A stretch of DNA of 64,000 nt, taken from positions 150,412,001 through 150,476,000 of the forward strand of contig OY740782.1 of assembly GCA_963514005.1 (NCBI GenBank), written 5' to 3'. The notes under the pieces are model-generated. The model saw nothing but the letters and a program-made list of their open reading frames with translations, was not told the origin of the DNA and did not search any database. Below are positions 48,148 to 61,200 of this stretch, in pieces. The DNA comes from Raja brachyura (Eukaryota). Each line of letters opens with the position of its first letter. Position 1 is the stretch's first letter. The position numbers were made by a program, and so were the translations under genes.

Positions 48148-48580
48148 TGCTGAGAGAATGGAGCAGCTGGGCTTGTAAACTCTGGAGTTTAAAAGATGAG
48201 AGGGGATCTTATTGAAACATATAAGATTATTCAGGGTTTGGTTATGCTAAAGGGAGGAAACATGTTCCCGATGTTGGGGGAGTCCAGAACCAGGGGCCAC
48301 AGTTTAAGAATAAGGGGTAAGCCATTTAGAACGGAGATGAGGAAACACACTTTCACACAGAGATTTGTGAGTCTGTGGAATTCTCTGCCTCAGAGGTCTG
48401 TGGAGGCCGGTTTTCTGGAGAGCTAGATAGGGCTCTTCAAGATAGTGGAGTCAGGGGATATGGGGAGAAGGCAGGAACGGGGTACTGATTGGGGATGATC
48501 AGCCATGATCACATTGAATGGCGGTGTTGTCTCGAAGGGCCGAATAACCTACTCCTGCACCTATTGTCTATTGTCTATTG
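48148..48580 (+). mobile_element. CR1 3' fragment
   Basis: MRGDLIETYK...; (CTATTGT)n tail. Confidence 0.88.
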
Positions 48581-49361
48581 ATATTGCTCATGGGACATGC
48601 TCCAGGGAAATATTTGTAACACGATTTCATGAACAACAGTGTTGTAGACTGAAAAATATTATAGTAACGGATCATGACTAGACACGAACATTAACGATTG
48701 CAGCAAGGTAGGCCATTCGGCCCTTAAAACTGGTTCAGCCTTCAACCCAATCACTGCTGATGGTCATGTGTCCGATTCTTCCAAATATTATTAGATCCCT
48801 CCAACTCCAAGAACTGCATCTAGCAAATTTGTGAATGGATGTAATGAGTGTCCATTCGGTCTTTTAATCATTTACACTTCTCACTTTCAGTCCAGAGTGC
48901 CTTTGGGTCCAAACTGTCAGAGAGCACAATTAAATTATGAATCCTAAAGACCCATTGGTTATCCAATTGCGTCGCCAGTTGAGGGTATGAGACACGTGTT
49001 GCTGGGCAGATCTTGGAGTTGTTAGTTTGCAGTCAGCAGCTCTGTGCATCGGGCTGGAATCAGTACATTCATTTCTCTAAATAATCCACAGGTGCTTCCG
49101 TTCAGTTACCTCCTGCTCTTTGCTAACGGTGGAGTGTTGGACTCCAGCCACATCAGAAGTGGGGGAAAGGTGAAAACAATTGGAATATGAATAAATATGA
49201 AATGCCATTCAATTAAAAAATATTAAGCTTTAATGGCGAGTTCTGAGGCTAATAAAATGAAGTGAGACACAGATGCGGCAGGGAAAACGTAACATTTTGG
49301 CCGATCATTCATGATCAAGTTGAACGACCAATAAGCAATAATGCAATAGCAAGGAGAGACA

Positions 49362-51540
49362 TTAGTGTGGATGTTGTAAAATCAGTATGGGTAGAACTGT
49401 GAAATAGCCAAGGACAGAAAACACTTGTTGGAGTGGTGTACAGACCCCAAACAGCAGGATGGAGGTTGGGGATAGCATCAAGCAGGAAATTAGGGATGCG
49501 TGCAGCAAAGATACAGCGGTTATCATGGGTGACTTTAATTTACCAATAGGTTGGGCCAATCAAATTGGTAAAGGTGCTGAGGAGGATTTCCAGGAATGTA
49601 TACGGGATGGGTTTTTAAACCAATATGTAGAGGAACCGACTAGAGGGCAGGCTGGGTATTGTGTAACGAGGAAGGATTAGTTAGCGATCTTGTTGTGCAA
49701 AGCCCCTTGTTCAACCGTGACCATAATATGGTGGAATTCCACATTAGAATGGACAGGGACACGGTTAATTCAGAGACCAGGCTCCTGAACTTGAGTAAAG
49801 AAGACTTTGAAGGTATGAGACGGGAACTGGCTCGGAGAGACGGGCAAATTTTACGTAAAGGATTGACAGTGGAGATGCAATGGTGAAGATTTAAAGACCG
49901 CTTAGATAAACTCCAGAAATTGTTAGAGTCACAGAGTCATAGTGTACTACAGTGTGGAAACAGGCCCTTCGGCCCAACGTGCCCAGATCGGCCAACAATA
50001 TCCCAGCTATACTAGTCCCACTTACCTGCGCTTGGTCAATATCCCTCCAATCCATGTCATATCAATGTACCTGTCTAACTGTCTTTGAAACGATGGGATA
50101 GTCCCACCCTCAAGGAAGGAAGGAGAGGAAGGAAAACTTTTATTGTCATTCAGACCTTTCGGTCTGAACGAAATTTCGTTGCCTGCAGTCATACATATAG
50201 TAAAGACCAAAACCCACAATAAACACATATTTAACATCCACCACAGTGAGTTCACCAGACACCTCCTCACTGTGATGGAAGGCAAAAATCTTAAGTCTTT
50301 GTCTCTTCCCTTCTTGTTCTTCCTCTTCCTCTGCGCTGAGGCGACCTAGGCCTCCGATGTTGTGACCGCACCGGGTGATGTAAATAAGTCGCGCGGCTGA
50401 ACCGAGCTCTGCGCACGGGCCGGTTCAAACTCCGCGGCCCGGGGCGGTCGAAGCTGCCGAAGCTGCCGCCGTCCAGTCCAGCGGACGCAGCTGTTGCCGC
50501 GGGAGCTCCGGAAAAACAGGTCACCAACCTGTGACCTGCGAGCTCCCGACGATGTCGTCCCCTGGGCCCGCGGCCGGGCCTCCGAAGTTGCTGCCGCCGC
50601 CACCGCCACCGGAAAACCGCCACAGCTCCGAGTCGGGCCGCCGGAACGCCGGAATGTCTGGACCCGCCACAGCCCCGAAGTCGGCCAGCGCCGCGCTGGT
50701 AAGTCCTGGCTGGCTCTGCCTCCGGAGCCTCGAGGTCGGTCGCAGTTGGAGGCTCCGCCATTAGGCCTCAGCGCAGACGGAGACGGAGACGGGGGATACG
50801 ACAAGAAAAGTCACGTCCCCCCCAAAGGAAGAGACTAAAACGTTTCTCCCACCCATCCCACACACATACACTACATGATAACTCAAATTAACACGCTAAA
50901 ACAAGATAAGAAAACAACAACAAAAGAAAAACAGACGGACTGCAGGCGAGCCGCTGCTACTACGAGCGTCGCCACTTCCCAACTACCTCCTCTGGCAGCT
51001 TGTTCCATACACCCACCACCCTTTGTGTGAAAACATTACCTCTCGGATTCCTTTTAAATCTTCCCCATTCACCTTGAACCTATGTCCTCTGGTCCTCGAT
51101 TCCCTCACTCTGGGTACGTCTCGGGGCATCTTCCCGACCTATTCCTCTCATGATTTTATACACCTCTATAAGATCTCCCCTCATCATCCTCCTGCGCTCC
51201 ATGATGAAAGAATAAAACTGGGAAGGCGGCTTAACCGTGGCTGAGGAGGGAAGACAATGATAGTGTTAAAGCCAATGTAGAGGCATATAAATTGGCCAGA
51301 AGAAGCGGCAAATCAGGGGACTGGGAGAAATTTGGAACTCCAACAGAGGAGGACAAAGGGGTTAATTAAGAGGGGGGAAGAGCATGAAAGAAAGCTTGGG
51401 GGGAATATAAAAACTGGCTGTAAAAGTTTATTCAGGTATGGAAAATGAAAAATTAGCAAAGACATATGTAGGTCTCTTACAGTCAGAGACAGGTGAATTT
51501 ATAATGGGAAACAAAGAAATCGCAGAACAGTTAAATGAGT
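49362..51540 (+). mobile_element. CR1 endonuclease/linker fragment with a nested minus-strand CR1 tail and a GC-rich non-autonomous insert (about 50114-50979)
   Basis: IMGDFNLP, QYVEEPTR. The insert ends GAATGACAATAAA plus (CCTT)n on the minus strand, a Rex1-like 3' end. Confidence 0.7.
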
Positions 51541-51544
51541 AACC

Positions 51545-54500
51545 ATATAACAATTACAGCACGGAAACAGGCCTTCTCGGCCCTTCCAGTCCGTGCCGAC
51601 CATTTATTTTCCCCTAGTCCCATCTACCTGCACTCAGACCATACCCCTCCATTCCCTTCCCGTCCATATACCTATCCACTTTACTTTTAAATGTTAAAAT
51701 TGGTCCAGCCTCCACCACTTCTGCTGGAAGCTCATTCCACACAGCCACCACTCTCTGAGTAAAGAAGTTCCCCCACATGTTACCCCTAAATTTCTGTCCC
51801 TTACTTCTCATGTCATGCCCTCTTGTTTGAATCTTCCCTACCCTCAATGGGAAAAGCTTATCCACGTCAAATCTGTCTATCCCTTTCATCATTTTGAAGA
51901 CCTCAATCAAGTCCCCCCTTAACCTTCTGCACTCCAAAGAATAAAGACCTAACTTGCTTTGGGTGCTTTGTTGAGCTGGAGGGGCCGAGAGGGCTACTCC
52001 AAAAAAAACCACCCTAATACTAAAATGCAAGATATGAATTTGAAGACTGGGGATGATGGAATCACTTTTTGTAGTTGGAATGTTAAGGGAATTAATGAAC
52101 CAATTAAAAGGGGTAAGGTGTTAGCGCAGCTGAATAGATTGAAATCAGACGTTATTTTCCTCCAAGATACGCATCTCAAAAGAGATGATCAATATAGATT
52201 AACAGCTAAATGGATGTCAAAGGTATATCACTCTTCATTTACACATAAATCTAGGGGAGTCGCAATAATTATTCGTAAAGGTATACCTTTTAAACAAAGT
52301 TCTATAATAGAAGATAAAGAGGGCAGATATGTAATAATTACAGGGGAATTATACTCAAAAAAAGTAATTCTTATGAATATATATGCTCCTAATTTCGATA
52401 ACCCATTATTTTTCAAGAAAATATTCAATAATATTCCTATATCCACTCAACATAATTTAATAATTGGGGGCGATTTAAATTGCACTTTGGATAACTACTT
52501 AGACAGATCCTCAACAAAAAGGAAAGCTATTTCTAACTCAAGTAAACTTATAAATTCTTTCATTAACTCAACTAACGTTAAGGATATTTGGAGATTAGAG
52601 AACCCTTCCGGACGAGAATATTCTTTTTTCTCGCCCGTATTCGGAACCTACTCGAGGATAGATTACTTTTTAATAGACTCAAAACTGCTTCCCTATGCAT
52701 ACAATGCAAAATATCACAATATTATTATTTCAGATCATGCACCATTAACATTTAAGATAAAACTAAAAGATATATCTAATAAAACTATGACTTGGAGATT
52801 TAATCCTCAGATACTGAAGGACAAGGATTGTTGTAATCATGTGACAGAACAGATTAAATTATTCTTTGAGACAAACGACACACCTGAAATTTCACCATTG
52901 TTACTTTGGGATACATTTAAGGCATTCATGCGTGGTGCAATAATATCGGCACAAGCATATTTTAATAAAGAAAACCGAAAGAGGGAACAGAAGTTAGAAA
53001 TGGAGATAAAACAACTAGACAATGAGAATATAAAACACCCCTCTAAGGAGTTAAGTAATAAAATTGCAATAGCAAAGTATAGACTAAACGAAATATACTC
53101 TAATCAAGTCATCAAACTTTATCAACAAACCAAACAAGTGCATTTTGAATTTGGAGATAAACCGCATAAATTGCTAGCACGACAATTAAGAAAATTAGAC
53201 GATGAAAAAACGATACATGGAATCAGATCAATGCAAGGAAATATACTGACCATACCAAAAGATATTAATGATAGATTTTTACAATATTACCAAAATCTTT
53301 ACTCATCAAAATTAACAGGACAAACAGATGGAATGGAAACATTTCTAAAAGAATGTCAAATTAAGAGTTTAGATCAGGAAGGGAGACATTTGTTAAATGC
53401 TGAAATATCAGTGAAAGATATCGCAGAATCAATTGGTTCGTTAAAGAATGGAAAAGCTGCGGGGCCTGACGGCCTGAGTGCAGAATTTTATTAAAAATTT
53501 CAAGATCTGATCTCTCCAAGACTACATACAGTGTATAGACATGCATACGAACAAGGAAAATTACCAGACTCTTTAAATGAATCCACAATTACACTTATAC
53601 CTAAGGTAGATAAAGATCTGGAAGATCCTGGTTCATATAGAGCGATTGCCCTTCTAAATACAGACCAAAAAATATTAGCTAAAGTTTTATCTAGGAGACT
53701 AAGTTTGGTGATCTCTAAATTAATACATTATGATCAAACAGGTTTTATTCCAAAACGCTATTCGTCTCATAATTTAAGACGCCTGTTTAATATTATATAT
53801 TCTAAAAGAATACGAGATACGGAATTAGCAGTCATATCGTTAGACGCAGAAAAAGCATTTGACCAGGTGGAATGGTTATATCTATTTAATATAATGGAAA
53901 AGTTTCAATTGGGGGATCAATTTTGTAAATGGGTAAGAATCCTATACTCAGATCCTACTGCAAGAATTCTAACTAATCAAATACTATCAGTTAAATTTAA
54001 ACTCTTTAGGGGATGTAGACAAGGATGTCCGTTATCGCCTTTATTATTTGCCTTGGCGATAGAGCCTTTGGCGGAAAGAATTAGGTCAGAACCTGAAATA
54101 TACGGTTATAATACTGACAGAACAACTAATAAAATATCCTTATATGCAGATGATGTTTTGATTTACATCACAAAACCTGAAATTAGTATTCCAATGTTGT
54201 TTGATGTTATAAATAAATTTAGTACATTTTCTGGATATAGGATTAATTGGAATAAAAGTGATATTATGCCAATAACTAATATAAATTTAAACATATTACA
54301 ACAATATCCATTATCAATAGTTACTGACAAAATTAAATATTTAGGAATTAATGTATCTAAATCACATAACTCATTAATTAGATCGAATTATCCTCAATTA
54401 TTAGATAAACTTAAAAAAAATATTTTATATTGGAAAACACTGCCTATATCTTTGATTGGTAGAATAAATGCTATAAAGATGGTTTTTCTACCACAATTAT

Positions 54501-57160
54501 TATATCTGTTTCAAGCTATCCCTTTTTTCCTTCCGAAAACCTTTTTTAAAAAAATTGATAATATTGTTAATAGTTTTATTTGGGATTATAAAAATCATAG
54601 AATAAGTAAAAAACATTTATGTAAGTCAAAGATAAATGGAGGATTAGCACTTCCAAATTTTTTATACTACTTCTGGGCAGTACAGATTAAGAATATGAAT
54701 TTTTGGTGGGTAAATACGGACCTGGAACCAACGTGGCTAAAGATAGAAAAGGAAGATTGTTTGCCTTTCAACGTAGATTCAATTATTTTTGCCCCAAAGG
54801 AAGTTCAAAAAAAAACTTATAGGGACAATCCAATCATTTATAATAATAGACGTATTTGGAAACAAATAGTCAAGACTTTACAATTAGACAACCTTTCATT
54901 TAGATTACCAATTATGAATAACCCATTATTTAAGCCCTCCACATTGGATGGAGGGTTCAGACATTGGGATAATTTAGGAATTACAAGGGTAGAGCACCTT
55001 TATAGAAATGGAAAATTTCTTTCATTTCAGGAATTACAAGATATCTACGGATTGTCTTCACAGCATTTGTTTAGGTATTTCCAAATTAGAGATTATATTA
55101 AATCTAATACACAGGATTTTAAAAATAAGGAACCAGGATTATTAGATGAATCGTTTAACTGGCATCCAACCACAGAAAAATTAATAGCTTATATATATAA
55201 CATCATTATGGATAATGAGAATCCAATAACTGAAACATATCGTCAAGCATGGGAAAATGAAATTGGATCACCTATAACCAAAGAAAATTGGGGAGAAAGT
55301 CTACAACGAATACACCGGTGCTCGTTAAATGCTAGACATATATTAATACAATTTAAAGTATTATATAGATTACATTATTCAAAAGCCAAATTAAATAGTA
55401 TATTTCCTAATCTCTCCTCTATTTGTGATAAATGTAAGAATTTAGAAGCAAATTTAACACACAGTTTTGTTACATGTCCTAAATTGAATTATTATTGGAC
55501 AGAAATTTTTAAAGTAATTTCTGAAGTTCTTAAGGTTAAATTAGAACCTGACCCAAAGCTAATAATACTGGGAATTCCAGAGGCTAATTTGATATTTACA
55601 CCAGACCAAAGAAATTTCCTTGATTATTGTTTGATATTAGGGAAAAAAATAATATTGAAATTTTGGAAGGGAATATTATCCCCAACAATTAAAATGTGGG
55701 CATCAGAGATGTTGGAGACGTTGCAGTTGGAAAGAATCAGATTTGTCCTTTTGGACAAGTATAATTCTTTTCAACAGATATGGTCTCCATATATACAGTA
55801 TTTAGAGAAGTAGCTGTTCTTGGCATCACGGCTCGACTGACACCCTGCGGGATTTGATGAAAATAATGTATTGGTATACCAGGATATATGCATGTCTTTA
55901 CTGATATTATTATTTGTAGTTGTTTCATTTATAATATATTTTGTGGCTTTTAATTGATATATATACATAATGTCTTTTTTCTTTTTCTTCATTTTTTCTT
56001 TTTCTTTTATACCAAATAATTATTAAGGAATTATAATTTTATTGATTAATAATGGTATTTCTCTTTACCCACTTTTATTTTCAAAAAAAAAAAATAAGAT
56101 AATAATCATTAGAGTACAAATATTGATTTAAGTGGATGTTTATAACTCAGTTTTAAACATTGAGAATTGTTTATTGCTAATAAAAAAAAAATATTCAATA
56201 ACTTGCTCAACCTTTCTCTGTAACTTAGTTGCTGGAACCCAGGCAACATTCTAGTAAATCTCCTCTGTACTCTCTCTATTTTGTTGACATCCTTCTTACA
56301 ATTAGGCGACCAAAATTGTACACCGTACTCCAGAATTGGTTTTACCAATGCTTTGTACAATTTTAACATTACTTCCCTATTCCTATATTCAATGCTCTGA
56401 TTTATAAAGGCCAGCACACCAAAAGCTTTCTTTACCACCCTATCTACATGTGGTTCCACCTTCAGGGAACTATGCACAGTTATTCCTTGATCCCTCTGTT
56501 CCACAGCATTTCTCAATTCCCTACCATTTACTATGTACGTCCTATTTTGATTTGTCCTGCCAAGATGTAGCACCTCACACTTATCAGCATTAAACTCCAT
56601 CTGCCATCTTTCAGCCCACTTTTCCAAATGGCCCAAATCTCTCTGTAGACTTTGAAAATCTACTTCATTATCCACAACACCACCTACCTTAGTATCATCT
56701 GCATACTTACTTATCCAATTTTCCACCCCATCATCCAGATCATTGATGTACATGACAAACAATAGTGGACCCAACACAGATCCCTGAAGCACGCCACTGG
56801 TCACCGGCTTCCAACCCGACAAACAGCCATCTACCATTACTCTCTGACATCTCCCATTTAGCCACTGTTGAATCCATCTTGCAACACCGCCATAAACACC
56901 CAAAGATTGAACCTTCTTAACCAACCTTCCATGGGGAATCTTGTCAAAGGCCTTACTGAAATCCATATAGACAAAATCCACTGCTTTACCCTCATCAATT
57001 TTCCTAGTAACCTCTTCAAAAAATTCAAGAAGGTTTGTCAAACATGACCTTCCAGGCACAAATCCATGTTGACTGTTCCTGATCAGACCCTGTTTATCCA
57101 GATGTTTATATATATTACCTCTAAGTATCCTTTCCATTAATTTGCCCACCACTGACGTCA
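51545..57160 (-). mobile_element. CR1 LINE (51545-51958 and 56199-57160) split by an L1 insertion
   Basis: ORFs 56109-57161 and 51614-52030 join at ...RERLSK|LGLYSLE. Confidence 0.9.
51959..56198 (+). mobile_element. 5'-truncated young L1-clade LINE with complete ORF2 (52025-55813, one in-frame stop)
   Basis: SWNVKG, GGDLN, SDH (endonuclease); RQGCPLSP, YADD (RT); CDKC...HSFVTC. The two ORF-track pieces share a frame, split only by TAA at 53492-53494. A-tail at about 56182-56191; target duplication TAACTTGCT. Confidence 0.93.
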
Positions 57161-57164
57161 AAGA

Positions 57165-58066
57165 GCTTTGATTCTGTCTTCACTAAGGAAGACACAAACA
57201 ATCTCCCATAAATACTAGGGGACCGAGGATCTAGTAGGAGGGAGGATCTGAAGGGAATCCATATTAGTCAGAAAATGGTGTTAGGTAAACTATTTTTTGA
57301 CTGAAGGCAGATAAATCCCCAGGGCCTGATGGTCTGCATCCTAGACACCACAAGAAGTTGACCCTAGGATGCATTAGTCGTCATTTTCCACTGTTCTCTC
57401 GACTCTGGATCAGTTCCTGTGGACTGGAGGGTAGCCAATGTAACTCCACTTTTTAAGAAAGGAGAGAGAAAACGGGGAATTATAGACCAGTTAGCCTTAC
57501 ATCGGTGGTGGGGAAGATGCTGGAGTCGAATATTAAAGATGTTATAGCAGCACATTTGGAAAGCAGTGACGGGATCGGTCAAAGTCAGCAAGGGGAAACC
57601 ATGCTTTACTAATATTTTGGAATTTTTTGAGGATGTAACAAGTAGAATGGATAAAGGAGAGCCAGTGGATGTGGTGTATCTGGACTTGCAGAAAGCCTTT
57701 GACAAGGTCCCACAAAAGAGATTAGTGTGCAGAATTAGAGCACATGGTATTGGGGTAGAGTATTGACATGGATAGAGAACTGGTTGGTAGACAGGAAGCA
57801 AAGAGTAGCAATTAACGGGTCCTTTTCAGAATGGCAGGCAGTGACTAGTGGGGTGCCGCAAGGCTCGGTGCAAGGTCCCGGTTGTTTACAGTATATATCA
57901 ACAATTTAGACAAGGGAATTAAATGTAACATCTCTAAGTTTGCAGGTGATACAAAGCTAGGTGTCAGTGTGGGCTGCGAGGAAGATGCTATGCGGCTGCT
58001 GGGCTTATAGCATCTTGTATAGGTTGGGTGAGTGGGCAGAAGCATGGCAGATGCAGCATAATGTGA
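57165..58066 (+). mobile_element. Degenerate CR1 RT fragment ending at an N gap
   Basis: FFEDVTSRMDKGEPVDVVYLDLQKAFDKVP. Confidence 0.85.
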
Positions 58067-58235
58067 NNNNNNNNNNNNNNNNNNNNNNNNNNNNNNNNNN
58101 NNNNNNNNNNNNNNNNNNNNNNNNNNNNNNNNNNNNNNNNNNNNNNNNNNNNNNNNNNNNNNNNNNNNNNNNNNNNNNNNNNNNNNNNNNNNNNNNNNNN
58201 NNNNNNNNNNNNNNNNNNNNNNNNNNNNNNNNNNN
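58067..58235. other. Assembly gap
   Basis: Run of N. Confidence 1.
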
Positions 58236-61200
58236 AGGTAGACACAAAATGCTGGAGAAACTCAGCGGGACAGGCAGCATCTCTGGAGACAAGGAATGTG
58301 TGACGTTTTGGGTCGAGACTCTTCTTCAGACCTCCAGAGATGCTGCCTGTCCCGCTGAGTTACTCCAGGATTTTGTGTTTAGCTTCCATTGGAAGCAGCA
58401 TCCGCAGTTCTTTCCTAAATATTCCAATATCAAGATACATTTATTTGTCACATGTCCCCCATTTCCCAATGTTCAATAGATTCAGGGGGAGTTCCTGTGG
58501 ATTGGAGGATAGCTAATGTTATCCCACTTTTCAAGAAAGGAGCGAGAGAGAAAACGGGGAATTACAGACCAGTTAGCCTGACTTCGGTGGTGGGAAAGAT
58601 GCTGGAGTCAATTATTAAAGAGGTAATAATGGGGCATTTGGATAGCAATAAAAGGATTAGTCCAAGTCAACATGGATTTATGAAAGGGAAATCATGCTTG
58701 ACTAATCTTCTGGAATTTTTTGAGGATGTGAAAAGTAAAATGGATGAAGGGGTGCCAGTGGATATAGTGTATCTAGACTTTCAGAAAGCCTTTGATAAGG
58801 TCCCGCACGGGAGACTGGTGACTAAAATTAGAGCACATGGTATTAGGGGTAGCGGGTTGACATGAATAGAAAATTGGTTGGCAGACTGGAAGCAAAGAGT
58901 AGGAGTGAACGGGTCCTTTGCAGAATGGCAGGCAGTGGCGAGTGGAGTGCCGCAAGGTTCGGTGTTGGGGCCGCAACTGTTTACCACATATAGTAATGAT
59001 TTGGAAGAGGGAATTAGGAGCAACACTAGCAAGTTTGCGGTTGACACAAAGCTGGATGGCAGTGTGAACTGTGAAGAGGATGTACGGAGGTTGCAGGGTG
59101 ACGTGGACAGGTTGAGTGAGTGGGCAGATGCATGGCAGATGCAGTACAATATAGATAAATGTGAGGTTATCCACTTTGGCGGCAAAAACAAGGGGGCAGA
59201 TTATTATCTCAATGTGGTTAGGTTAGGTAAGGGGGAGGTGCAGCGAGACCAGGGTGTCCTTGTACACCAGTCACTGAAAGTTGGCATGCAGGTACAGCAG
59301 GCAGTGAAGAAAGCTAATGGAATGTTGGCCTTCATTACAAGAGGATTTCAGTATAGGTGTAAAGAGATTCTTCTGCAGTTGTGTAGGGCTCTGGTGAGAC
59401 CACATCTGGAGTATTGTGTACAGTTTTGGTCTCCTAATTTGAGGAAGGACATCCTTGTGATTGAGGCAGTGCAGCGTAGGTTCACGAGATTGATCCTTGG
59501 GATGGTGGGACTGTCATATGAGGAAAGATTGGAAAGACTAGGCTTGTATTCACTGGAGTTAGAAGGATGAGTGGAGATCTTATAGAAACATATAAAATTA
59601 TAAAAGGACTGGACAAGATAGATGCAGGAAAAATGTTCCCAATGTTGGGCGAGTCCAGAACCAGGGGCCACAGTCTTAGAATAAAGGGGAGGTCATTTAA
59701 GACTGAGGTGAGAAAAAACCTTTTCACCCAGAGAGTTGTGAATGTGTGGAATTCCCTGCCACAGAGGGCAGTGGAGGCCAAGTCACTGGATGGATTTAAG
59801 AGAGATTTAGATAGAGCTCGTGGAAGGGGCTAGTGGAATCAAGGAATATGGGGAGAAGGTAGGCACGGGTTATTGATAGAAACATAGAAATTAGGTGCAG
59901 GAGTAGGCCATTCGGCCCTTCGAGCCTGCACCGCCATTCAATATGATCATGGCTGATCATCCAACTCAATATCCCGTACCAGCCTTCTCTCCATACCCTC
60001 TGATCCCCTTAGCCACAAGGGCCACATCTAACTCCCTCTTAAATATAGCCAATGAACTGGCCTCAACTACCCTCTGTGGCAGAGAGTTCCAGAGACCCAC
60101 CGCTCTCTGTGTGAAAAAGGTCCTTCTCATCTCGGTCCTAAAAGATTTCCCCCTTATCCTTAAGCTGTGACCCCTTGTCCTGGACCTCCCCAACATCGGG
60201 AACAATCTTCCTGCATCTAGCCTGTCCAACCCCTTAAGAATTTTGTAAGTTTCTATAAGATCCCCTCTCAATCTCCTAAATTCTACAGAGTATAAACCGA
60301 GTCTATCTAGTCTTTCTTCATAAAACAGTCCTGACATCCCAGAAATCAGTCTGGTGAACCATCTCTGCACTCCCTCTATGGCAATAATGTCCTTCCTCAG
60401 ATTTGGCAACCCGAACTGTACATAATACTCCAGGTGTGGTCTCACCAAGATTTTATGCAACTGAAGTAGAACCTCCCTGCTCCTATACTCAAATCCTTTT
60501 GCTATGAAAGCTAACATACCATTTGCTTTCTTCACTGCCTGCTGCACCTGCATGCCTGCTTTCAATGACTGGTGTACCATGACACCCAGGTCGCGCTGCA
60601 TCTCCCCTTTTCCTAATCGGGTACCATTTAGATAATAGTCTGCTTTCCTATTTATGCCATCAAAGTGGATAACCTCACATTTATCCACATTATACTGCAT
60701 CTGCCAAACATTTGCCCACTCACCCAGCCTATCCAAGTCACCTTGCAGTCTCCTTGCATCCTTCTCACAGCTAACACTGCCCCCCAGCTTAGTGTCATCC
60801 GCAAACTTGGAGATATTGCCTTCAATTCCCTCATCCAGATCATTAATGTATATTGTAAATAGCTGGGGTCCCAGCACTGACCCTTGCGGTACCCCACTAG
60901 TCACTGCCTGCCATTCTCAAAAGGACCCGTTTACTCCTACTCTTTGCTTCCTGTTTGCCAGCCAGTTCTCTATCCACATCAATACTGAACCCCCAATGCC
61001 GTATGCTTTAAGTTTGTATACTGATCTCTTATGTGGGACCTTGTCGACCGTGTGGTGACTACTGGAGAGACAGTTGACGGCACGGAAAGGCTGGGTTAGC
61101 ACCCCAGTCTGTGTCTTTCGTGAGAAAGAGGCTGGGTTAGCACCCCAGTCTGTGTCTTTCGTGAGAAAGACACCCAACAAATCTACGGAAAGGCCTAATG

